A program made the position numbers and the translations under genes. DNA of 64,000 nucleotides from Ignavibacteriales bacterium (lineage in GTDB: Bacteria; Bacteroidota; Ignavibacteria; UBA10030; F1-140-MAGs086). Shown here one piece after another: positions 27,238 to 37,502 of the stretch (position 1 is the first letter of the stretch; each line of letters opens with the position of its first letter). The stretch spans positions 30,738 through 94,737 of the forward strand of contig JAGXRH010000024.1 of the NCBI GenBank assembly GCA_018335975.1, written 5' to 3'. The notes under the pieces were generated by a model that was given only the letters and a program-made list of their open reading frames with translations, ran no database searches and was not told where the DNA came from.

Positions 27238-27876
27238 ATGCTCCGAATCAACGAAATATTTTATTCCATTCAAGGCGAATCGTCGCGGATGGGATTGCCG
27301 TGCGTGTTTGTACGGCTCACCGCTTGCAACCTCCGATGCACGTACTGCGATACGGAATACGCATTTTATGAAGGAGGAGAACAAACGCTGGAAAATATCG
27401 TCGAAGAAATTCGTTCGTATAACTGCAATCTTGTTGAAATAACGGGAGGCGAACCGTTATTACAGGAAGAAGTGTACGAATTGATGAAACGACTCTGCGA
27501 TGCGGGTTATGAAGTGTTGCTCGAAACCGGCGGACATATCCTTGTGGATCGCGTTGACCTGCGCGTGAAAAAAATCATTGATGTAAAAACTCCATCATCG
27601 GGGATGATGAAACATAACGAAGAGCGCAATCTTGACCTCGCCACTTCTTCCGATGAAATAAAATTTGTCATCGGCACGCGCGAGGACTATGATTGGGCGA
27701 AACAAATAATCGCAAAACACAACCTTTCAGAAAAACTTACTGTGCTGATGTCAGTAACTTTTAGTGAACTTGCGTTGCAAGAACTTGCGGAGTGGATTTT
27801 GCACGACCGGCTCAAGGTTCGTTTTCAACTGCAAATGCACAAATTTATCTGGCATCCGTTAACGCGGGGAGTGTGA
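27238..27876 (+). CDS. queE: 7-carboxy-7-deazaguanine synthase QueE (radical SAM)
   Basis: 212 aa. MLRINEIFYSIQGESSRMGLPCVFVRLTACNLRCTYCDTEYAF is the QueE N-terminus with the CxxxCxxC radical-SAM cluster. Confidence 0.9.
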   Translation: MLRINEIFYSIQGESSRMGLPCVFVRLTACNLRCTYCDTEYAFYEGGEQTLENIVEEIRSYNCNLVEITGGEPLLQEEVYELMKRLCDAGYEVLLETGGHILVDRVDLRVKKIIDVKTPSSGMMKHNEERNLDLATSSDEIKFVIGTREDYDWAKQIIAKHNLSEKLTVLMSVTFSELALQELAEWILHDRLKVRFQLQMHKFIWHPLTRGV

Positions 27877-28079
27877 TAGGTCTGTAAAAGAAAAATAGAC
27901 TACGCTTTCCTAAAATAATTGACGTAATTTCAAATGTTTACGAGTCTAACTGAAATAAGTTGAGGCATCACTCCTATAGAAATTGGTGTGGTCTGACTGC
28001 GCTCACCACGACGTACCTTGACTTTCTTAAAAGCATTTCTTACATTGAGAACAAATTTTTACAATTACACTTGAACATT

Positions 28080-30506
28080 ATGAAACCCACGCTCGCATTT
28101 CTTTTTTTATCTTTATTCATTTCTACAAATCTTTTTTCACAACTCGCATCGCCGTATTATTCGCAATCGGATTTTCAATTCGTGTCTCCGGGCGCGTTCA
28201 AATTCGGATTGTACGGATATGATAATCCCGCGTTGCTTGAGTATATTGAACACCCCGATTTCCAACTGTCCGTTTCTGATGTCGGAGGAAAATGGAGCAA
28301 GTTCAATCGCTGGGGTTTATTTACCGCAGTACCGAATTTCGGTTTCGGGCTTATTCAAAATAAAGATGCCGCCGGCACTTTCAACGATTATCGTTTGTCT
28401 GCGGGTTGGGGAAACAGAAGTATGAGTAGTGGAATCGGATATAGTTGGGTACGCGGCGACAATAAGGCGTTGAGAAGAAAAGGGGTGTGGCGGTACGGCT
28501 CGTTGATTCGACCGAATAAATTTCTTTCCGTTGGACTTGTGGGAGCGTTTGCGGTTGGCAGCAATGCAAAAGAGGGCGTTATTGATGTCGGCATTCGTCC
28601 TTTCGGGAATGAAAAAGTTACGCTGTTTTCCGATTATACGTTGCAAACAAAACAAAGTGTGAAGAACGGAAACTGGAGCGCGGGAATTGCCACGGAATTG
28701 CTTGATGGTGTTCGTTTCACCGCCCGGTATTTTGATACGAAAGCGTTTTCGATTGGCTTTCAAGTCAACTTCGGCACCGATGCAGTTTCTACGCAAACAC
28801 AATTTGATAACAACGGGAAACGCGCTTCGAACACGTATTCGCTTCGCTTCGGCGCGTACGATAGAACGTTGTTCGGAACAAAGATTATGCCGCAAAAAAA
28901 ATACCTTGAACTCAATCTTCTTGGTCCTGTCAAACATCAGCGTTATACTTATTTCGACGATTCAAACACACTTTCTGATATTATTGGAAAGATTGATGCG
29001 GCGAAGGGAGATGAAAATGTTCGCGGAATCGTAATTAACGCATCGGGAATGTCCGCGCATAAAACGATGCTTTGGGAAATCCGCGAGAAGTTGAAGGAGT
29101 TCAAAACCACCGGCAAAAAAATAATCATCTACCTCGATAAACCCGATATTAACGAGTATCATTTTGCCTCCGTTGCGGATAAAATTGTGCTCGACCCCGT
29201 GGGAGTGTTGACGCTGGAGGGATTTGTTGCGGGAAGAACATTCATAAAAGGAACGCTGGATAAACTCGGAATCGGTTTTGATGAATGGCGTTTCTTTAAG
29301 TATAAATCTGCGGTGGAAAATTTCTCGCGGGAGAAAATGAGCGAAGGAGACCGGGAACAGCGGCAACGGTACGTGGATGAATTTTACCGCACCGCGCAAC
29401 ACGATATTTGCGAGGGAAGGAATATTTCCACCGAAGCATTTAATAACCTCGTTGATAATATGATAATTTTCACACCGCAGGAAGCGTTGGAAAATAAACT
29501 TGTGGATACACTCGCGCGATGGGATGTCTTGAAAGAAATCGTTGCGAACATCGAAAAAGAAGAAACAAAATTCATTGCGCCAACAGAACTTTCGCGGTTT
29601 CGTTTATCGCACGATAATGCGTGGGGAGAGCCGCCAAAGATTGCCGTCATTTATGCGCTCGGAGTTTGCGCAATGGATGAAGGAATCACCGCGCGGCAAT
29701 TAGTAAAAGATGTTGAACGTGCGACAAATGACAATCGAATTAAAGGCGTCGTCCTGCGCATAGATTCTCCCGGTGGCGACGGAATGGCTTCGGATATTAT
29801 TGCCGAGGCGTTGAAAAAGTGCAAAGCGAAAAAGCCGGTGATTATTTCTCAGAGCGCGGTTGCAGCCTCAGGCGGGTACTGGCTTTCGATGTACGGCGAT
29901 ACGATTGTCTCAACGCCAACAACGATTACCGGCTCGATCGGTGTCATTGGCGGATGGATGTATAATACAAGCTTCAAAGAATCGCTCGGCATTTCCACTG
30001 ATTTTGTGAAAGCGGGAAAACACGCAGATATTGGATTTGGAATGTCTGCGCCGTTCATTGGTACGTTAATTCCCGATAGAAATGCAACGACCGAAGAACG
30101 TGCGCGTATTGAAAGCGGCATCAAAACATTTTATAAAGAATTTGTCGGAAAGGTTGCAAGCGGAAGAAAAAAAGATGCCACGTATATTGATTCAATCGGG
30201 CAAGGGCGTGTATGGACAGGTCGCGATGCAAAAGAACGAGGGCTTGTTGATGTTCTCGGCGGATTAGAAACCGCAATCAACATTGCAAAAGAAAAAGCCG
30301 GAATTCCAACAGAACAAAATATTACCATTGTTGAACTTCCGAAACCGAAGTTATTCGATTTGGGAATTTATGTTCCGAAAATTTTTGGCATCCAGATTCC
30401 GCAGCAACCCGAAAGCGACGTACTTCACCAAATCAAATTCCGGTTAGAACATAACGGCGAAGCGATGCCGATATTGCCGTTGGAAGAAATGGAGTTTGAG
30501 AAATAG
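28080..30506 (+). CDS. sppA: Signal peptide peptidase SppA (S49, 67K-type, tandem S49 domains) with an about 290-aa N-terminal beta-barrel-like extension
   Basis: From MKPTLAFLFLSLFIS (signal peptide) the protein has a Gly/aromatic-rich N-terminal domain. Two S49 ClpP-fold domains follow (GIVINASGMS...; KGVVLRIDSPGGDGMASDII...SQSAVAASGGYWLSM...TGSIGVIGGW). Confidence 0.8.
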   Translation: MKPTLAFLFLSLFISTNLFSQLASPYYSQSDFQFVSPGAFKFGLYGYDNPALLEYIEHPDFQLSVSDVGGKWSKFNRWGLFTAVPNFGFGLIQNKDAAGTFNDYRLSAGWGNRSMSSGIGYSWVRGDNKALRRKGVWRYGSLIRPNKFLSVGLVGAFAVGSNAKEGVIDVGIRPFGNEKVTLFSDYTLQTKQSVKNGNWSAGIATELLDGVRFTARYFDTKAFSIGFQVNFGTDAVSTQTQFDNNGKRASNTYSLRFGAYDRTLFGTKIMPQKKYLELNLLGPVKHQRYTYFDDSNTLSDIIGKIDAAKGDENVRGIVINASGMSAHKTMLWEIREKLKEFKTTGKKIIIYLDKPDINEYHFASVADKIVLDPVGVLTLEGFVAGRTFIKGTLDKLGIGFDEWRFFKYKSAVENFSREKMSEGDREQRQRYVDEFYRTAQHDICEGRNISTEAFNNLVDNMIIFTPQEALENKLVDTLARWDVLKEIVANIEKEETKFIAPTELSRFRLSHDNAWGEPPKIAVIYALGVCAMDEGITARQLVKDVERATNDNRIKGVVLRIDSPGGDGMASDIIAEALKKCKAKKPVIISQSAVAASGGYWLSMYGDTIVSTPTTITGSIGVIGGWMYNTSFKESLGISTDFVKAGKHADIGFGMSAPFIGTLIPDRNATTEERARIESGIKTFYKEFVGKVASGRKKDATYIDSIGQGRVWTGRDAKERGLVDVLGGLETAINIAKEKAGIPTEQNITIVELPKPKLFDLGIYVPKIFGIQIPQQPESDVLHQIKFRLEHNGEAMPILPLEEMEFEK

Positions 30507-30509
30507 TAC

Positions 30510-31166
30510 TTGAAAACGAAAATCAAAATTTGCTGCATCCAAAATGTTGATGAAGCGAAACTTGCAATTACTTTTGGCGCATCGGCGTTGGGATTGGTGT
30601 CCAAAATGCCGAGTGGACCGGGTGTTATTTCCGAAGAAAAAATTTTAGAGATAGCGAAATCAACTCCTCCAACGATTGCAACATTTCTTCTCACCAGTTT
30701 AACGAATGCCGAAGAAATAATTTCTCAACATAACCGTTGCAGAACAAACACGATTCAGTTTGTTGATGCAATTCCTTTTGGGGAATATAAAAAAATACGA
30801 GACGCGCTTCCAGGAATATCGCTCGTCCAAGTCATTCACGTTCGCGATGAAACAGCAATTGACGAAGCGAAAGAAGTTCAACATTACATAGATGCAATTC
30901 TTCTCGATTCCGGAAATCCTAATTTGCACGTGAAAGAACTTGGCGGTACGGGACGAACACATAACTGGAACATCAGTAGAAAACTTCGGACGAGTGTAAA
31001 TGTTCCCATATTTCTTGCGGGGGGATTGAGTCCAGAAAATATCCGCGAAGCAATTGAAACCGTGTTGCCGTTTGGCGTGGATATTTGCAGCGGCGTGCGA
31101 ACGAATGGAATTTTAGATGAAGTGAAGTTAGAAAAATTTGTTGCGGCGGTCAATGCTGATTTATGA
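30510..31166 (+). CDS. trpF: Phosphoribosylanthranilate isomerase TrpF-like
   Basis: 218-aa TIM-barrel protein. It has KICCIQN (KICGI-like), LGGTGRTHNW (GGTGKTFDW-like) and LAGGLSPENIREAI...PFGVDICSGVR, which match TrpF signatures. It is a stand-alone gene with no other trp genes nearby. Confidence 0.75.
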   Translation: MKTKIKICCIQNVDEAKLAITFGASALGLVSKMPSGPGVISEEKILEIAKSTPPTIATFLLTSLTNAEEIISQHNRCRTNTIQFVDAIPFGEYKKIRDALPGISLVQVIHVRDETAIDEAKEVQHYIDAILLDSGNPNLHVKELGGTGRTHNWNISRKLRTSVNVPIFLAGGLSPENIREAIETVLPFGVDICSGVRTNGILDEVKLEKFVAAVNADL

Positions 31167-31564
31167 AAAACAACGTACGAACACTTCCCCTTCTTCTCTA
31201 CGACGGTGATTGTAGTTTTTGCAAACTATGGATTGGGCGATGGGAAGAAATTACGGGTGATAAAATTGCGTATGCTCCATTTCAAGAAGCGCGGACAGAC
31301 TTTCCCAAAATTCCGAACAACGATTTTACGAAATCGGTGCAGCTCGTTCTGCCCGATGGAGAAGTGTTATGCGGCGCGAAAGCAGTATTCACATCGCTTG
31401 CAGTGGTTCCGAACAAACAATGGATGATGTGGTGTTACGAACATCTTCCGCTGGTTCCAATAATTTCGGAAGCGCTTTATCGGTTTATTGCGCGATATCG
31501 CAAGAAACTTTACTCGCTCTCACGCTGGATAGTTCTCGGAAAAAGGAAAGTGATAGAATTGTGA
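31163..31564 (+). CDS. Thiol-disulfide oxidoreductase DCC family protein (DUF393)
   Basis: 133 aa with N-terminal LLLYDGDCSFCKLWIGRW, the DCC motif. It overlaps the trpF end by 4 nt. Confidence 0.75.
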   Translation: MKNNVRTLPLLLYDGDCSFCKLWIGRWEEITGDKIAYAPFQEARTDFPKIPNNDFTKSVQLVLPDGEVLCGAKAVFTSLAVVPNKQWMMWCYEHLPLVPIISEALYRFIARYRKKLYSLSRWIVLGKRKVIEL

Positions 31565-31648
31565 GAAAATCTCTTCTTCCTTGTGATTATGCAATCGTAT
31601 CTTTTATCACGATAAATTATTCAGGAACATTCACCCGACCACAATTAT

Positions 31649-32218
31649 ATGAAACTCATTTTTCTCTTCCTTGCCGTTTCCCTTATTGGAATAATCGTGT
31701 ATTACGAACACTCCGAGACGAATGAAATGCAAGGAACACAAAACCGATTTACCGCAGACAAAAAAACAGCAGACAGTTCAGCAACAATAAAAGTTTATTC
31801 AACAGAAAAGAAAGAATTCATTATGACTGAAAAAATTACCAAAACTGACGAAGAATGGAAGGAACAATTAACGGAAGAGCAGTTTTATGTTACAAGAAAA
31901 GCGGGAACAGAACGCGCTTTCTCCGGTAAATATTGGAACAATCACGAAGAAGGAACGTACAAATGTGTGTGCTGCGGCAATGATTTGTTCGTCTCGGAAA
32001 CAAAATTTGAGTCCGGAACCGGCTGGCCAAGTTTTTATAAGCCCGTCGCCGATGAAAATGTTTCCACGAAAACGGATAAGAGTCATTTTATGGTTCGCTC
32101 TGAAGTGGTGTGTGCAAAGTGCGGCGCGCATTTAGGACACCTGTTCGATGACGGACCCGAACCAACCGGACTTCGGTATTGTATGAATTCCGCCTCCTTG
32201 AAGTTCGAGAAAAAATAA
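31649..32218 (+). CDS. msrB: Peptide-methionine (R)-S-oxide reductase MsrB, possibly with N-terminal signal/anchor (alternative start at 31823)
   Basis: C-terminal 130 aa carry [13 protein letters not shown]...GWPSF...[21 protein letters not shown] (both CxxC pairs and the catalytic RxxC...HLGHVF region). The long ORF adds [19 protein letters not shown], a signal-peptide/anchor-like extension. A shorter start MTEKITK at 31823 is also possible. Confidence 0.85.
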   Translation: MKLIFLFLAVSLIGIIVYYEHSETNEMQGTQNRFTADKKTADSSATIKVYSTEKKEFIMTEKITKTDEEWKEQLTEEQFYVTRKAGTERAFSGKYWNNHEEGTYKCVCCGNDLFVSETKFESGTGWPSFYKPVADENVSTKTDKSHFMVRSEVVCAKCGAHLGHLFDDGPEPTGLRYCMNSASLKFEKK

Positions 32219-32304
32219 TTTTTTCAATTTCTCAATCCTTTCCGTTTCATTGATAAATTTGTAATTTCTCCCGTGAAAATTACAAACAAAATCAACTTCC
32301 TCCT

Positions 32305-33771
32305 ATGAAACGGATTTACTTTTTCCTCTCGCTCATTCTCTTTATACAGAATGAACTTTATCCGCAAACATTAAACTTTCCGGTAGATACCATTGCCCGC
32401 GATGATTTTTATAATTACCGCAGTATGATAAAACACGATGCGAACGGGAAATTGCACATCGCCAATTCGCGCCAACTCGGAACAAACAGCAACACCCGCG
32501 AAGTATTTTACCGAACGAATATTCCCGGACATTTTGACACAACGCAACTTTCCGATAATGCAATTGATGATAATTACGCAACCTTTGATTTCGACGGAAG
32601 CGGAAACGTTCACGTCGGCTGGGAACGACGAGATGGAAATAATAATTTTCAGGTTATCTATTCTAATAACATAACCGATACGTTTGCGACCCCGGTTTGG
32701 ATTACGGCTGGCGGATTGAACAAGGCGACACCGTCAATCGCCGTTGGAAAAGATAGTCTCGCGCATTTTGTATATCTCACGTTTGTAACCGGACAGGATT
32801 CTGCATTCTATCGCTCGTATAATTTCATCACGAACACTCTTGGAGCAGTAATAAATCTTGGCGCAATGGAAGCAAGCAGTGAAAATGATATCGAGGTCGC
32901 GGTAGATTCCAACAATCACGTCCATATAGTTTTTGCTACCAATGGTGCTTTAAGCACGAGTGCACTGAAATATTTCAACAACGAAAATGGAACGCTCGTA
33001 GAAATTTCTACGGGACTCACTTCGAACGTTGAGTATCCCGATATGATGATTGATAAACATAACACTTTGCATATTATCTATCGTTCTGCTGCCGATAAGA
33101 GAATTTATACATTGTCGAAATCATCGGGAGGAAATTTGTCTTCGCCCGAACCGGTTACACCCGCTAACATTGGCTTTCCATCATATTGGCGGGCGTTTGA
33201 TGTGGATGACGAAGGACAGTTGTACGTTACCTACCAGAACAGTCAAAGCAGCGCGGCGAAAGGAATTTTTCTTGTCCACGGGAAAAACGGAAATTACAGC
33301 GCGCCGATTCTTGTGTTTGAAGATAGCAGCGGTCAGTATATTACGCGCGGTTCATCTTCCGTAGCCGCAAGAGGAAACGGCGACATTGCTGTTCTGTTCG
33401 ATGTTGCCGGCTCGCGAAGCGGTCAGGTATTTTCCGATATTTTTTTGAAAAGAGGCACGCTCGTTTTCACCGATGTTGATGAGGAAGAAAATGTATTGCC
33501 GGATATTTTTATCACGCTCGAGAATTATCCCAACCCGTTTAATCCAACAACGACAATACGATATACCGTCAACGAGCCCCAATTCACGACGCTCAAGGTG
33601 TATGATATTCTCGGAAACGAAATCGCGACACTCGTCAATCAATTTCAACAACGGGGCGTTTATTCGGTTAAATGGGATGCAACCCGATACGCCGGGACAA
33701 GTGGATTATATTTTTCGCATCTTAAAGTTGGTCAGAAAACCACAACGACAAAAATGTTATTGACCCGCTGA
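32305..33771 (+). CDS. Secreted protein with T9SS (Por) C-terminal sorting domain
   Basis: 488 aa with a signal peptide. The C-terminal roughly 80 aa (ENYPNPFNPTTTIRYTVNEPQFTTLKVYDILGNEIATLVNQ...GVYSVKWDA...SGLYFSHLKVGQKTTTTKMLL) is a typical type-A T9SS CTD. Confidence 0.75.
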   Translation: MKRIYFFLSLILFIQNELYPQTLNFPVDTIARDDFYNYRSMIKHDANGKLHIANSRQLGTNSNTREVFYRTNIPGHFDTTQLSDNAIDDNYATFDFDGSGNVHVGWERRDGNNNFQVIYSNNITDTFATPVWITAGGLNKATPSIAVGKDSLAHFVYLTFVTGQDSAFYRSYNFITNTLGAVINLGAMEASSENDIEVAVDSNNHVHIVFATNGALSTSALKYFNNENGTLVEISTGLTSNVEYPDMMIDKHNTLHIIYRSAADKRIYTLSKSSGGNLSSPEPVTPANIGFPSYWRAFDVDDEGQLYVTYQNSQSSAAKGIFLVHGKNGNYSAPILVFEDSSGQYITRGSSSVAARGNGDIAVLFDVAGSRSGQVFSDIFLKRGTLVFTDVDEEENVLPDIFITLENYPNPFNPTTTIRYTVNEPQFTTLKVYDILGNEIATLVNQFQQRGVYSVKWDATRYAGTSGLYFSHLKVGQKTTTTKMLLTR

Positions 33772-33849
33772 AACTTTTAAAACAGTACTCTTGTTTCTTT
33801 TCCTGTTCAACAATTACTCAATTAGCGAAGAGAACAATACACCAACCGT

Positions 33850-34707
33850 ATGCACGACCCAAAACAACTACCGTACTTGATAAATCTGCTTGACGACGAA
33901 TCGGAAATCGTGAATGAATACGTTTTCAAAGAGCTCGCTTCGTTTGGAATTACGTTGGAGAATGAACTTGCAAAACAACGAATAGTACTTTCCTCTCCGC
34001 AACGGGATGTACTGCAGAAGCAATTGGGAGAATACAATCGTTCGTGGCTGAAAGAACAATGGCTTTCGTGGTCTGAGATGCAAGAGGATAAAAAGAAACT
34101 GGAATCGGTGATGCAACTTCTCGCGGAGTTTCAACTCGGAAGAGATTATCCCCTCAAATTGGAATCGTTGCTTGATGTACTCGCCGAAGAATACAAAAAA
34201 TCTTTTTCCTTCAATGACCCCATCGTGCTTGCACACTTTTTATTTTCAAAAAAAGAACTGAAGGGAACAGAAGAAGATTATTACAATCCGTTGAACAGTA
34301 ATCTGGTGTACGTTATTGAAAAACAACGTGGCATTCCGTTAAGTCTTGCCTGTGTGTACATTCTCGTTGCGTACAGATTAGGCGTGAGCGTGGAAGGATG
34401 TAATTTCCCCGGACACTTTCTTGCAATTGCCTCTACCGAGCATAATAAATTTTTGGTGGATTGTTTCAACGGCGGGCGGCTTGTTACCGGCGATGATTTT
34501 CTTGTTTTCCAAAATGCCGCCCCGATGGCATTTGATACCGTTATGCAATTACAGTGCGACGCAACGACGATGATTGCGCGTTCGCTACGAAATCTTGCCG
34601 GCGCATATCAACAAGCGGGTGATGAGGAGAATGCGATGTGTATGATTGACCTTCTTGAAACAATAATGCCGGACGAATTCAAGAACGATGAGGAAGACGA
34701 TGAATAA
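33850..34707 (+). CDS. Transglutaminase-like/TPR protein of the UPF0162 (SirB1/YchA) family
   Basis: 285 aa. The central GIPLSLACVYILVAYRLGVSVEGCNFPGHFL resembles the SirB1 N-terminal transglutaminase-like segment. The remainder is helical and TPR-like. Confidence 0.45.
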   Translation: MHDPKQLPYLINLLDDESEIVNEYVFKELASFGITLENELAKQRIVLSSPQRDVLQKQLGEYNRSWLKEQWLSWSEMQEDKKKLESVMQLLAEFQLGRDYPLKLESLLDVLAEEYKKSFSFNDPIVLAHFLFSKKELKGTEEDYYNPLNSNLVYVIEKQRGIPLSLACVYILVAYRLGVSVEGCNFPGHFLAIASTEHNKFLVDCFNGGRLVTGDDFLVFQNAAPMAFDTVMQLQCDATTMIARSLRNLAGAYQQAGDEENAMCMIDLLETIMPDEFKNDEEDDE

Positions 34708-34716
34708 ATAACCGCA

Positions 34717-35130
34717 TCATTCTTTCCGCTTTCCCATTCCTTTCTTCGTTTCCTGTTTTTTTTCTGATTCTTTGGTATCCAAATTATGTACCGCGTCCCG
34801 GAGTTTTTTTGCTTTTGCCATTAATTCAAACAGGGTTTTCTCCGGGTCGAAGTCTTCATCTTTTTCAAAATCATCTTCGTCGAATGCTTCATACGCGCCG
34901 GTCAGGTTTTGCATCATTCTGTCCGTTGTTTGTTTCAAACGCTCCGCGAGAACTTCGGCAGAGAGCTCTTTTTTACTGACGAGAGTCATTGTCGTTGGTC
35001 TATCGCAAAAACGACAAACGGGCTTGTCAAGTTCGGTATAACCGGAATCCATCTTGCATTTTTCGCAAAGATAGATGCACATAAATTGTGGTTTTTGTTT
35101 TGTGGTTTGAGAAGTTTTCTTTGTTGGCAT
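34717..35130 (-). CDS. Hypothetical zinc-ribbon protein
   Basis: 137 aa with two CxxC pairs (CEKCKMD...CRFCDRP) and an acidic Lys/Glu-rich C-terminal half. No family recognised. Confidence 0.4.
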   Translation of the reverse strand: MPTKKTSQTTKQKPQFMCIYLCEKCKMDSGYTELDKPVCRFCDRPTTMTLVSKKELSAEVLAERLKQTTDRMMQNLTGAYEAFDEDDFEKDEDFDPEKTLFELMAKAKKLRDAVHNLDTKESEKKQETKKGMGKRKE

Positions 35131-35190
35131 ACGTAATGATTTGTTAAAAAATTTGTTTCAAAAATTGCAAAGGGATTGTGAAAAGAAAAA

Positions 35191-36303
35191 TCAGAATATC
35201 ATTTTCTCCACGTACCGCGCAATGGCAGGCGATGATGATAATCCGGGCGATTCGATACCGATTAAATTGATAAATCCCTCCAGTCCCCGTTCTTTTTCAT
35301 GCACAATCACAAAATCTCTTTGCGGCTCCCCCATTTTTTGTAACTTCGGACGAATACCGGACATATCGGGATAAATATCATCTTCAGTAATGGAGGGAAT
35401 CATTCGCTGAATTGCTTTGGAGAAATCGCTTCGTTTTTTTTCATCAACGGTATAACCAATAGTATTCTTTGAAAGATATTCCAGGTCGGGACCGAATTTC
35501 AATCGCCCTCCCAAATCAAGCAATGCATGGACTCCCAGCGTTTCAACCAGAGGCACAGGATACACGAGCCGCGAAATGAGTTTGCTTTTCGAAGGCGTGA
35601 CAGCAAAGTACGAACCTTTGCAATACGTGAGACGATATTTTGCACCGTCAATATCAATACCCGCCATTCCGGCAATTCTATCGGAAAATAATCCCGCGGC
35701 GTTGATTATTTTTTCGGACGTGAACGAAGACCGATTTCCATTTTCCTTCACAAAAATTTTGTAGCCCGAAGAGATTTTTTCGATGCCAACCACCTCGCAA
35801 TTGTGCTGAAGTGTTGCGCCATTATTCTTTATCGAATGAAAAAAATAATCCATCAACCCGTGAACGCTGATTATTCCGGTAGAAGGCGAAAAAATAGAAG
35901 CGACCGCCGTGATATCTGGCTCCAGTTTATTTGTCTCCTTTGCATCAAGCATTTGCAATTCAACACCGTTTGCCATTCCATTGTGGTACAATAATTCTAG
36001 TGTTGGGATTTCGGATTCCGAAGTTGCAATAATAATTTTAGTAATTTGTTTGTGCGCTATGTTGTTTTCCAAACAGATGCTGTACAATTCATTCTTTCCT
36101 TCGACGCAAAGTTTCGCTTTCAGCGAGTCCGGTGGATAGTAAATTCCAGCGTGGATTACTTCGCTGTTGCGACTCGATGTCTCCATTCCGTACTTTTCAT
36201 TTTTTTCCAGCACGGCAACGCGCGAACTTTTCTGCGATAATCGAGATGCGATTGCAAGCCCGACAACCCCGGCGCCGATTATTGTTACTTCTACATCATT
36301 CAT
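35191..36303 (-). CDS. lhgO: L-2-hydroxyglutarate oxidase/dehydrogenase LhgO-like FAD-dependent oxidoreductase
   Basis: 370 aa. It has the GAGVVG dinucleotide motif. [36 protein letters not shown] aligns closely with E. coli LhgO SGVIHAGVYYTPGSLKAQFCLAGNRATKAFCDQNGI. Confidence 0.75.
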   Translation of the reverse strand: MNDVEVTIIGAGVVGLAIASRLSQKSSRVAVLEKNEKYGMETSSRNSEVIHAGIYYPPDSLKAKLCVEGKNELYSICLENNIAHKQITKIIIATSESEIPTLELLYHNGMANGVELQMLDAKETNKLEPDITAVASIFSPSTGIISVHGLMDYFFHSIKNNGATLQHNCEVVGIEKISSGYKIFVKENGNRSSFTSEKIINAAGLFSDRIAGMAGIDIDGAKYRLTYCKGSYFAVTPSKSKLISRLVYPVPLVETLGVHALLDLGGRLKFGPDLEYLSKNTIGYTVDEKKRSDFSKAIQRMIPSITEDDIYPDMSGIRPKLQKMGEPQRDFVIVHEKERGLEGFINLIGIESPGLSSSPAIARYVEKMIF

Positions 36304-36394
36304 AATTTTTCAGCGTGAAATTATAGAAAATTCCCGAAAGGTTTTATATTGTGCCACAAAAAAAATTTTAACTTTTAACGGAAAGAATAAATCT

Positions 36395-36709
36395 ATGCTT
36401 ATCGTAACAACCAATACCCTCGAAGGAAAGAAAATTACCAAATACATTTCCATTGTAACCGGCGAAGCAATTCTCGGCGTAAACATTTTCAAAGATTTTT
36501 TTGCGAACATTCGCGATATTGTTGGTGGGCGTGCCGGCGCGTACGAAACAGAACTTCGGAAAGCCAAAGACATCGCGATTCAAGAAATGGAAATGCAAGC
36601 GCAACATCTCGGTGCTAATGCGGTCATCGGCGTTGACCTCGATTACGAAACTATTTCCGACAGTATGCTGATGGTCAGCGTGAGCGGGACTGCCGTTGTC
36701 GTTGAATAG
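36395..36709 (+). CDS. YbjQ family protein (UPF0145/DUF74 heavy-metal-binding-like)
   Basis: 104 aa. [14 protein letters not shown]...[31 protein letters not shown]...[12 protein letters not shown] is the canonical YbjQ pattern. Confidence 0.8.
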   Translation: MLIVTTNTLEGKKITKYISIVTGEAILGVNIFKDFFANIRDIVGGRAGAYETELRKAKDIAIQEMEMQAQHLGANAVIGVDLDYETISDSMLMVSVSGTAVVVE

Positions 36710-36713
36710 AAAA

Positions 36714-37502
36714 ATGTCGCAAAAAATATTTCAAGTAGATTCCTTTACCAATATTCCATTCAAAGGAAATCCTGCTGGCGTTTGCATTTTAAATTTACCG
36801 CGCGAAGAACAATGGATGCAAGACGTTGCGCGCGAAATGAATCTTTCTGAAACGGCATTTCTTGTAAAACAAAATGATGGTTATAATCTTCGCTGGTTCA
36901 CGCCAACGATGGAAGTTGAATTATGCGGACACGCAACTCTTGCAAGCGCGCATATTTTGTGGGAAGAAGAACATTTGCAACTGAGTGAGAAAGCAATTTT
37001 TCATACCCAAAGCGGATTACTGACGGCAATGAAAAACGGCGTATGGATTGAACTTGATTTTCCCGCACTTGAAAATGAAGAATTACTTTCCTTCCCGGAA
37101 CTGGCAAGCGCATTGAGAACAAAAGCAATCTATATTGGTAAAAGCGTATTCGATTATATCGTCGAAGTAGAATCCGAAGAAGTTGTAAGAAATTTAAAAC
37201 CCGATTTTGTTTCACTCGGAAAAATTCCCGGTCGCGGCGCAATAGTTACCGCAACATCCGATACAAATGAATACGATTTCGTCTCACGCTATTTTGCCCC
37301 GCAATATGGAATTGACGAAGACCCCGTAACCGGCTCTGCGCATTGTTGCCTTGCAGTATATTGGAAAAACAAATTGCACAAAACGGAAATGATTGGGTAT
37401 CAAGCATCGTCGCGTGGTGGAATTGTAAAAGTAAACGTTGATGGTAACCGCGTAAAACTTAGCGGACAAACAGTAACAGTTATGAAAGGTGTACTTCTAT
37501 GA
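36714..37502 (+). CDS. PhzF family phenazine-biosynthesis-like isomerase
   Basis: From MSQKIFQVDSFTNIPFKGNPAGVC (the PhzF N-terminus) the protein carries both half-domain catalytic regions (FDPVTGSAHC). Confidence 0.8.
   Translation: MSQKIFQVDSFTNIPFKGNPAGVCILNLPREEQWMQDVAREMNLSETAFLVKQNDGYNLRWFTPTMEVELCGHATLASAHILWEEEHLQLSEKAIFHTQSGLLTAMKNGVWIELDFPALENEELLSFPELASALRTKAIYIGKSVFDYIVEVESEEVVRNLKPDFVSLGKIPGRGAIVTATSDTNEYDFVSRYFAPQYGIDEDPVTGSAHCCLAVYWKNKLHKTEMIGYQASSRGGIVKVNVDGNRVKLSGQTVTVMKGVLL

Noticed and set aside
28317-28937. 206-aa minus-strand ORF inside sppA
   Set aside because: It is antisense to the well-supported SppA N-terminal domain and has no motifs.
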